Made by a program: the position numbers and the translations under genes | Assembly (NCBI GenBank): GCA_026391475.1 | Contig: JAPLED010000129.1 | Location: 27,301 to 91,300 of the forward strand | Direction of reading: 5' to 3' | Origin: Bacteroidia bacterium | Lineage (GTDB): Bacteria; Bacteroidota; Bacteroidia; Bacteroidales; VadinHA17 | Length of the DNA stretch: 64,000 nt | Notes under the pieces: model-generated | The model's database searches: none | The model's input: the letters and a program-made list of their open reading frames with translations, nothing else | What the model was told of the DNA's origin: nothing | Part shown: piece after piece, positions 57,540 to 64,000 of the stretch | How positions within the stretch are numbered: position 1 is the first letter of the stretch | How the letters are laid out: every line of letters starts with the position of its first letter

Positions 57540-57555
57540 TTCAACACCTGTTGAA
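57540..57555. promoter_or_regulatory. Perfect palindrome TTCAACA-CC-TGTTGAA, a candidate enhancer (UAS) for the sigma-54 activator
   Basis: 7-2-7 inverted repeat about 160 bp upstream of the -24 element, with an extra half-site GGTGTTGAA at 57458-57466. Confidence 0.3.
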
Positions 57556-57572
57556 TTATACACCATTATTTA

Positions 57573-58766
57573 TTAGTTTATTAGTTTTTGGATAATATTC
57601 CCAGTCGATTTCTCCTTTAACATTAACTTTATTTTTCCATCGGGCATCTTTTCCTTTTTAATCAAAAAATGGGTCTCATCAAATTCAATCAATTCAACAG
57701 ATGAAGATATTCCTTCTTTTCCTCTCCACCCAATCAGTTCGACCGGTTCCCATTTCTTTGTCGCGGCTGATTTATAGCAGGCGTCTATAATTGCATTTAC
57801 GACATAACCATCGTAAAATGTCTCCTTTGGCATTTTGTTTTGCTCCAAAGAATCAAGCATATCTGTAAACATATGAGGATACCCGAGAGCATGCACTTCA
57901 TCGCCAACGGGAAAGAGCCACCCGGCGTCGCTTTCAGTTTTTTCAGAAACATATTTATCTGTACTGCCTGTAGTAAACATTTCGAATCCGGTCCTGAGCC
58001 AATGATCGAGTCGTATCGTACCTTCAGTTCCTGATACTTCATCCCTCAGATCCATTCCTCCCCTGAAATTCCAGCTTACCTCAACCTGCGAAACTGCACC
58101 GTTCTCATATTTGACTAAAGCAATAGCGTGATCTTCTGCTTCAATTGGCTTAACCTGGGTTTCAGCCCAGCACATAACCTCGACAGGTTTAATATCTTTC
58201 CCGATAAAGCTCCTTCCGATTTCAATACAATGGCAACCCATATCGACAAGGGCTCCGCCTCCTGACTGTTTCTTATCCCAGAACCAGGCACTGTGAGGGC
58301 CTGAATGTGCTTCGCGCGACCTTGTCCATAGAATCCGGCCACATGATCCGTTCTTAACCATTTCGATAGCCTTCAATGTTTTGGGAGTATATACAAGATC
58401 TTCAAGATAACCATGAAAAACACCGGCCTTTTCAACTGCATCCAATACCTCTTTAGCTTCCGCTGCATTCATAGCAAGTGGTTTTGTGCATAAGACATGC
58501 CTTTTTGCCCTGCAAGCCATCAGGATAGCTTCTTTATGCAAATAGTTAGGCAGAGCGACAATAACAATATCAGTTTCAGGATCTTCTATTGCTTCCTTCA
58601 TACTGGTAGTATACTTTGGAATATTCCATTTATGTGCAAACTCTTTTGCCGATTCTGCAGGAATTGAACATACGTTATGAATGACGTCCCTCCTGCGTTG
58701 ACCATGTAATGACATGGCATAGAAACTACCAATGAGGCCTGTGCCGAGTAAAGAAAATTTTTTCAT
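57573..58766 (-). CDS. Gfo/Idh/MocA-family NAD(P)-dependent oxidoreductase
   Basis: N-terminal Rossmann motif [13 protein letters not shown] and a C-terminal alpha/beta dimerisation domain. The ORF track extends to 58784. Confidence 0.88.
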   Translation of the reverse strand: MKKFSLLGTGLIGSFYAMSLHGQRRRDVIHNVCSIPAESAKEFAHKWNIPKYTTSMKEAIEDPETDIVIVALPNYLHKEAILMACRAKRHVLCTKPLAMNAAEAKEVLDAVEKAGVFHGYLEDLVYTPKTLKAIEMVKNGSCGRILWTRSREAHSGPHSAWFWDKKQSGGGALVDMGCHCIEIGRSFIGKDIKPVEVMCWAETQVKPIEAEDHAIALVKYENGAVSQVEVSWNFRGGMDLRDEVSGTEGTIRLDHWLRTGFEMFTTGSTDKYVSEKTESDAGWLFPVGDEVHALGYPHMFTDMLDSLEQNKMPKETFYDGYVVNAIIDACYKSAATKKWEPVELIGWRGKEGISSSVELIEFDETHFLIKKEKMPDGKIKLMLKEKSTGNIIQKLIN

Positions 58767-58806
58767 TTTATTTGTTTTTAACAAACAAATTTAATAAAAA
58801 ATGAAC

Positions 58807-60345
58807 TCACCCGGCCCACCCTTCTCTGTCGAGATTGCGGTAATTGATAGCTTCAGAGATATGTTCGGCAGTGATGTTTTCAGAGTCGCCAAGGTCTGCA
58901 ATTGTCCTGGCAACTTTCAATATCCTGTCGTAAGCCCTGGCTGAAAGTCCTCTTATATCCATTGCTGTTTTTAGCAGTCTCCCGCCCGATTCATCCAGAT
59001 GGCAGTATTTTCGCTGCATCGACGATGACATCTGTGAGTTTGAGTAAACCCCTTTAACCGACTCAAACCGTTTTGCCTGAATTGCCCTGGCTCTTACAAC
59101 CCTTTCACGGACAACGGATGAATGTTCAACTTTTCCTGAATCGGAAAGCTTATCGTAATTAACAGGGACAACCTCAATATGTATGTCAATACGATCAAGC
59201 AGAGGGCCTGATATCCTGTTCAGGTACTTCTGCACCATACCCGGCGAGCACATGCACTCTTTTTCAGGGTGGTTATGAAACCCGCATGGACATGGATTCA
59301 TGGAAGCCACGAGCATGAAACTGGCCGGATAGTCCACTGTTGATTTTGCCCTTGAAATGGTAATTACCCTGTCTTCAAGAGGTTGTCGCATAACTTCCAG
59401 AACTGTCCGTTTAAACTCAGGCAGTTCATCGAGGAACAAAACACCATTATGTCCCAGGGAAATTTCACCTGGTTGAGGAAATGTGCCACCACCGACGAGT
59501 GCCACATCGGAAATTGTATGATGGGGGGATCGGAATGGTCTCTTAGTCATGAGCGCAGTATGATCATCAATCTTACCGGCTACAGAATGTATCTTTGTTG
59601 TCTCCAGTGCCTCTTCAAGTGTAAGTGGAGGTATTATAGTCGGTAATCGCTTGGCCAGCATGGTTTTGCCGGCTCCGGGAGGACCAATCATTATTATATT
59701 ATGGCCGCCGGCTGCAGCTACTTCAAGAGCCCGTTTAACATTCTCCTGTCCCCTGACATCTGAAAAATCAATATCATATTTGTTAGCCTCACTGGCAAAT
59801 ATTTCCAACAGGTCAACAATGACGGGAGTGAACTTTCGTGTACCGTTAAAGAAATCAACCACATCACCAAGGTTTTCCATCCCATACACATCAAGTCCGC
59901 TTACCACTGCAGCCTCACGTGCATTTTTCAAAGGGACGATCACTCCCTTAAATCCTTCTTCCCTTGCTCTGAGTGCAATTGGAAGCACTCCCTTGACCGG
60001 TTGCAGAGTACCATCAAGCGAAAGTTCTCCCATTAAAATATATGACTCAATCTCTCCTTTTACGACTTTTTCATCAGCGGCAAGGATGCCAAGAGCCAGG
60101 GGGAGGTCATAAGAAGATCCTTCCTTTCGAATATCAGCCGGAGCCATATTTATTACCACCTGTTTCCCCGGCCAGTGGTAATTAAGTGCCCGCAGAGCCG
60201 ATTCAATTCTCTGTTGGCTCTCTTTCACTGCAACATCAGGCAAACCGACAAGAAAAAAGCGGATACCGCGCGACACATTAACTTCAATTGTTACGGTCAC
60301 TGCATCAATACCTGCAACGGCACTGGCAAATGTTCTTACTAACAT
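58807..60345 (-). CDS. comM: YifB/ComM-family Mg-chelatase-like AAA+ ATPase
   Basis: 512 aa with an N-terminal Lon-protease-like domain, Walker A GPPGAGKT, Walker B LFLDELPEF and a C-terminal ChlI-like domain. Confidence 0.93.
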   Translation of the reverse strand: MLVRTFASAVAGIDAVTVTIEVNVSRGIRFFLVGLPDVAVKESQQRIESALRALNYHWPGKQVVINMAPADIRKEGSSYDLPLALGILAADEKVVKGEIESYILMGELSLDGTLQPVKGVLPIALRAREEGFKGVIVPLKNAREAAVVSGLDVYGMENLGDVVDFFNGTRKFTPVIVDLLEIFASEANKYDIDFSDVRGQENVKRALEVAAAGGHNIIMIGPPGAGKTMLAKRLPTIIPPLTLEEALETTKIHSVAGKIDDHTALMTKRPFRSPHHTISDVALVGGGTFPQPGEISLGHNGVLFLDELPEFKRTVLEVMRQPLEDRVITISRAKSTVDYPASFMLVASMNPCPCGFHNHPEKECMCSPGMVQKYLNRISGPLLDRIDIHIEVVPVNYDKLSDSGKVEHSSVVRERVVRARAIQAKRFESVKGVYSNSQMSSSMQRKYCHLDESGGRLLKTAMDIRGLSARAYDRILKVARTIADLGDSENITAEHISEAINYRNLDREGWAG

Positions 60346-60396
60346 AATAATAAGTTTACTAGCACTTTAGAAAACGCAGATCAAATATAGGAAATT

Positions 60397-60434
60397 AAAA
60401 GATAAAAGACAAAAGTTAAAAGACAAAAGTTAAA
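60397..60434. repeat. A-rich repeat (AAAAGATAAAAGACAAAAG plus TTAAAAGACAAAAG), with a second copy at 12411-12429
   Basis: The 19-mer at 60397-60415 is identical to 12411-12429. Both are intergenic and followed by CAGAC-containing sequence. Confidence 0.7.
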
Positions 60435-60487
60435 ATTGACAGGCAGACTGGAGGAAGGGGAGAAAGGGATAGATTGTCTTCAAAGAT

Positions 60488-60514
60488 CCCCTCCTGGGAG
60501 GGGTGAGGGGTGGG
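60488..60514. repeat. GC-rich palindromic element (single unit)
   Basis: CCCCTCC-TG-GGAGGGG followed by TGAGGGGTGGG. The reverse complement shares the CCACCCCTCACCCC flank seen at 31975 and 29804. Confidence 0.65.
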
Positions 60515-60625
60515 TTTTTGGTAAAGTATTGATAACAACCGAGTAAAAGGCAGGGATTGCAACCGAACGTAACACTTAGCAGAAATTGTGTCGTAATACG
60601 AATTTGTTAAAGTATTTAGATACTT

Positions 60626-60844
60626 TTATTTAAGAAAAATAAAACAGGCTGCCGTAATCAAAACAATACAAATAAATGCAATATAGGAGTATGGACTCGC
60701 CCAATTGTAAGACCATCCCATTCCTGGATTAATCTTACGAACTAATATTCTTGGGTCTTTAGGGTTGAAATAGAAAATTCCTTTCCAGTTATTAGGATTA
60801 TTGCTCATTGTTTCAAAAATCGCTTTCTCAAGTTTGGTTTTCAT
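60626..60844 (-). CDS. Small membrane protein (DUF5808-like)
   Basis: 72 aa. WKGIFYFNPKDPRILVRKINPGMGWSYNW followed by one TM helix. Confidence 0.55.
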   Translation of the reverse strand: MKTKLEKAIFETMSNNPNNWKGIFYFNPKDPRILVRKINPGMGWSYNWASPYSYIAFICIVLITAACFIFLK

Positions 60845-61002
60845 TTTCTAAATTGATTTTTATATTCAAATGTAAGACAAATTTATAAACCAAGAATCTG
60901 TATATTAAAGATTATTGTAAAATAAACTGTTGTTTAAAAAACTAAAATAGTGGGAGTTGACGACAAAAAAGAATCCACCTCATTATTTAATACTATTACA
61001 AT

Positions 61003-61094
61003 TATATATTATGGCCGCCGGCTACAGCTACCTCAAGAGCCCGCTTAACATTCTCCTTTCCGCGGACATCTGAAAAATCAACAACATATTTGTT
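61003..61094 (-). pseudogene. Orphan fragment of a comM/yifB-like gene (about 30 codons)
   Basis: About 90% identical by eye to 59693-59784 in the same orientation. It translates in frame to [30 protein letters not shown], against [30 protein letters not shown] in the intact gene. Homology ends abruptly on both sides and a stop follows. Confidence 0.65.
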
Positions 61095-61412
61095 TGGAGT
61101 ACTGTTACAAATCGCAAAAAGCACGGAACACTAAATCCGCGCCAGCGGTGAATCCCTTCTATGGAAGTCCCAGGTACAAAAAAACGCGGGGAAGATCCCG
61201 GTCTTAATTAACTAACCAGTGTCTGTCCATAAAGTCGCATTATTTTGATTTAAGAACAAGGAACACCGATTGTTGATTTTAGAAGTAATTAAACATCATA
61301 ATTATAAAATCGTTAACCGAGCTTGCGAGCTCACCGAAGGTAATCCTTGTTCGATATTTAATTTGCAAAGAAATATCTGACATTACAGATAGACTCTATC
61401 TAACCAACCCTG

Positions 61413-61763
61413 CTAAATAGCTGTACCGCCTCTTTCCCCTGTACGTATCCTGATACATTCCTCAAGAGGAGTAATAAATATCTTTCCGTCACCAACAGAA
61501 CCTGCACCGTTTGTACGTGCAGATTTCAGTATTGTATCAACGGTAATGTCGACAAACGCCTCATTGACAGCTATTTCAATTTTGATTTTTGGGATCAGAT
61601 CTGGAATAATGATCTGGCCACGGTACATCTCTTCAATTCTCTGCTGGCCATGACCGGAAACACGGCTGACAGTGATTCTCTTTATATCGGCTTCAATAAG
61701 CGCTTCGCGTACTTTATCAAGCTGAACTTCCCTAATTATTGCTGTTATTAGTTTCATTGTCAA
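61413..61763 (-). CDS. glnB: Nitrogen regulatory protein P-II
   Basis: 116 aa with MKLITAIIRE...VSGHGQQ and a T-loop region, in the GlnB/GlnK family. Confidence 0.95.
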   Translation of the reverse strand: MTMKLITAIIREVQLDKVREALIEADIKRITVSRVSGHGQQRIEEMYRGQIIIPDLIPKIKIEIAVNEAFVDITVDTILKSARTNGAGSVGDGKIFITPLEECIRIRTGERGGTAI

Positions 61764-61783
61764 TATTTTACAAAATATTTTAA

Positions 61784-63115
61784 TTAACTGGGGTTTAACA
61801 TTCCGTACCCTCTTTCACCATGATATGACCTGTCGAGACCAGCCATTTCATCATCTTCTGATGATTTAAACTTAATGAATTTGTTTAAAGTAAAGATTAT
61901 CACGTAAGTCATCACTGCGGCATAAACAATTGCAATGATTACAGCCAGTGCCTGTATTCCAAGCTGGTTCCAGACTGTCCATGAACCGCCTGCAATTGAG
62001 GCAGCATCTGCCATCCAGGAAGGGCGTATAAAAAAGACAAGAAGAATAGCTCCTGTGATACCTCCTACACCATGAATACCAAAAGCATCCAGGCTATCGT
62101 CATACCCAAGTTTGTTTTTCAGCATAATTGCCATATAACATAACATGGATGCAACAATACCAAGTGACATTGCACCATAAGGCTGAACCACTCCTGCAGC
62201 CGGGGTAACAGCAACAAGTCCGGCAAGGATTCCGCTGGCAAAGCCGAGAGCTGTGGCTTTTCCCTGGTGCATACTTTCAATGATCACCCATGAGAGGGCT
62301 CCTGCTGCAGCTGCGACCTGTGTGGCTGTTAAGGCCTGAGCTGTACTTAAACCACTTGAGATACTGCTCCCGGCGTTAAATCCGAACCATCCAACCCAGA
62401 GTAATCCGGCCCCAAGCATTGTAATTACCATGTTATTAGGACGAATCACCTGGTAAGGATAACCGCGGCGAGCTCTCAGATATAAGGCAGCTACCAGACC
62501 ACTGATACCTGCTGAGATATGTACAACAGTGCCACCTGCAAAATCTATTGCTCCTTTTGCCCCAAGTTTAAAAAGAAAACCATCGGCACCCCACACCCAG
62601 TGGCAGAGGGGATTATAAACCAAAAGACTCCAGATAGCTATAAAGAAACAATAAGCTTTAAAAGAAACCCTTTCAGCAAAGGCTCCTGCTATCAATGCCG
62701 GTGTGATAATTGCAAACTTTCCCTGAAACATCGAAAACACATACTCAGGAATTCCTGCATCCATCACATTTGTATCTATCCCTTTCAGGAAGAAATAATC
62801 GGGATTCCATCCGAACCATCCACCGAGAACATTTCCTCCGAAACACATGCTATAACCCACAATTACCCATAAAACACTGATGATCCCCATTGCAACATAA
62901 CTATGCATGATTGTTCCAAGCACATTTTTTGAGCGCACTAATCCACCATAAAACATTGCCAGTCCCGGTATCATTAATAACACCAGGGCTGTAGATGTAA
63001 GCATCCATGCTGTTGCTCCGGAATCAATTGCAGTACTGTCTGCGGCAAATAAACCTGCACTACTGATAAAGAATATTACGAGTAATAACAGGTATCTTTT
63101 CCTAAATTTTTTCAT
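61784..63115 (-). CDS. amtB: Ammonium transporter (Amt family)
   Basis: 443 aa with a signal peptide, 11 TM segments, and DFAGGTVVHISAG and FGIHGVGGI motifs. Confidence 0.95.
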   Translation of the reverse strand: MKKFRKRYLLLLVIFFISSAGLFAADSTAIDSGATAWMLTSTALVLLMIPGLAMFYGGLVRSKNVLGTIMHSYVAMGIISVLWVIVGYSMCFGGNVLGGWFGWNPDYFFLKGIDTNVMDAGIPEYVFSMFQGKFAIITPALIAGAFAERVSFKAYCFFIAIWSLLVYNPLCHWVWGADGFLFKLGAKGAIDFAGGTVVHISAGISGLVAALYLRARRGYPYQVIRPNNMVITMLGAGLLWVGWFGFNAGSSISSGLSTAQALTATQVAAAAGALSWVIIESMHQGKATALGFASGILAGLVAVTPAAGVVQPYGAMSLGIVASMLCYMAIMLKNKLGYDDSLDAFGIHGVGGITGAILLVFFIRPSWMADAASIAGGSWTVWNQLGIQALAVIIAIVYAAVMTYVIIFTLNKFIKFKSSEDDEMAGLDRSYHGERGYGMLNPS

Positions 63116-63189
63116 CCTTTAATAATTTAATCCAAACCAATAAAAAGAACATTTTCTGCACAAATATATACTTTTTTAGGGGTGGATTA

Positions 63190-63295
63190 AATTATTTATA
63201 TATTTTTTCTATTTTATACCCTATTTTCTAAGGGGTATTACTAATTATTTATATATTTTTTCTATTATATACCCCCTATTTGGGGGGTATTGCAA
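63190..63295. repeat. Two tandem copies of a unit of about 53 bp, each ending in a hairpin, upstream of amtB
   Basis: AATTATTTATATATTTTTTCTATT-(T/A)TATACCC...GGGGTATT begins at both 63190 and 63243. The hairpins are ATACCC/GGGTAT and ATACCCCC/GGGGGTAT. Confidence 0.75.
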
Positions 63296-63395
63296 TAATA
63301 ATTTAAATTTTTCTAAATTAAGATTAAAAAGTGTGATCTGATTACATGTATCTCCGCGTTCTTAAAAAAATATTAGTATGGCTTATAAGAATTGA

Positions 63396-63644
63396 GAGAG
63401 AATTCGGGGTGATGAGTGGTTCATTGGCGGGATAAACGGAGAAGAGGCAAGAACACTGGATATAAGACTCAATTTCCTGACCCCTGGTGTAAAATATTCA
63501 GCAAAAGTCTATTCAGATGATCCGGTAGTTAACACCCGCACCCATGTAAGGATTGATAAGATTGATGTAGATAGAAATACAGTATATCCGGCAATGTTTG
63601 GAGCAAATAACGGGATTGCGATACATATTATGCCTGAGAAATAA
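63396..63644 (+). pseudogene. C-terminal remnant of a glycoside hydrolase (GH97-like)
   Basis: Open frame of about 82 codons with no plausible start: ...DEWFIGGINGEEARTLDIRLNFLTPGVKYSAKVYSDDP...GIAIHIMPEK*. It resembles the C-terminal beta-sandwich of GH97 alpha-glucosidases. An in-frame TGA at 63393 closes the frame upstream. Confidence 0.4.
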
Positions 63645-63713
63645 TTTATACATGACATTCCGGGGTTTAACCCAAAAAAATTCTTATAATTATATTTTGA
63701 AATAAAAAATTGA

Positions 63714-64000
63714 ATGAAAACTTATAACTATCTCATCTATAAGTACCCTAGGCACTTTAGGCACTCCAAACTCCTTTTTCTATTCATTCTGATGATTTCC
63801 GGACCGGTTACATTGCATGCCCAAAAGATTCTGACTCTTAAAGAATGCTACGACCGTGCAATGATCACTAATGCACTTGCCGGTGAAAAAGAGGCCTATT
63901 CTAAAATCTCGCAACTGAAAGACAACAACCTTTCAAAAGGCTGGCTGCCGACACTCGATGCCAACGGGAGCTTTGTCTATAATTCTTCGGTGATCGATAT
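63714..64000 (+). CDS. TolC-family outer membrane efflux protein (5' part; runs off the window)
   Basis: Signal peptide ...LFLFILMISGPVTLHA, then QKILTLKECYDRA...LSKGWLPTLDANGSF, typical of TolC/OprM-type N-termini. Confidence 0.7.
   Translation, partial: MKTYNYLIYKYPRHFRHSKLLFLFILMISGPVTLHAQKILTLKECYDRAMITNALAGEKEAYSKISQLKDNNLSKGWLPTLDANGSFVYNSSVID

Noticed and set aside
61250-61370. Possible glutamine (glnA-type) riboswitch or other nitrogen-related ncRNA near glnB, based on CGTTAACC...ACCGAAGG...TTCGAT and AACAAGGA/TCCTTGTT inverted repeats.
   Set aside because: The region is downstream of the amtB-glnB operon, not upstream of any gene. I could not form the P1 pairing or find the conserved core of the glnA motif as I recall it. 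It would need a covariance-model scan, so I made no call.
60346-61412. A mobile element or prophage remnant as an annotated feature.
   Set aside because: No transposase, integrase or terminal inverted repeats are recognisable. Only the comM fragment and short repeats are present, so I report the region as a rearrangement scar and not as a mobile_element feature.
63190-63295. Possible CRISPR array.
   Set aside because: There are only two directly abutting copies with no unique spacers and no cas genes nearby. It is a simple tandem duplication.

Overview
This 64 kb window looks like a chromosomal segment from a Bacteroidota (Bacteroidia-like) genome. The evidence is AT-rich intergenic DNA, recurring TAnnTTTG -7 promoter boxes in place of Shine-Dalgarno sites, many lipoproteins, and a eukaryote-type GT3 glycogen synthase. 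Most of the window is housekeeping. It holds an arginine/carbamoyl-phosphate cluster (patB-like, carA, argH, argG, argR, carB), then recQ, tatC, lptB, tRNA-Leu(TAG), tig-clpP-clpX, folA-thyA, rplU-rpmA, serS, ruvC, comF, greA, ahcY, ribF, lpxH, comM/yifB and amtB-glnB. I found no transposase, integrase, CRISPR array or rRNA. Three regions stand out. (1) 49.6-57.4 kb is a minus-strand operon. It encodes a Tat-exported 4x[4Fe-4S] protein and an NrfD-type membrane subunit with no catalytic partner. These are flanked by two membrane-tethered GcvH-like paralogues, one fused to a PstS-like periplasmic domain. Downstream are a sensor kinase with periplasmic CXXCH motifs and a sigma-54 enhancer-binding response regulator. 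A TGGCAC-N5-TTGA promoter candidate and a palindromic upstream site precede the operon. I consider this the best candidate for an undescribed system. (2) 34.5-45.6 kb is a UDP-glucose/eukaryote-style alpha-glucan cluster: a GH13 branching enzyme, a 1407-aa GT3 synthase fused to a GT35 phosphorylase, GH57, GT4 and GH133. (3) 59.7-63.7 kb shows rearrangement scars, namely a duplicated internal comM fragment and a GH97-like C-terminal remnant. Several small repeat families are also scattered through the intergenic DNA. All product calls rest on motif recognition in the supplied translations. No database search was run.
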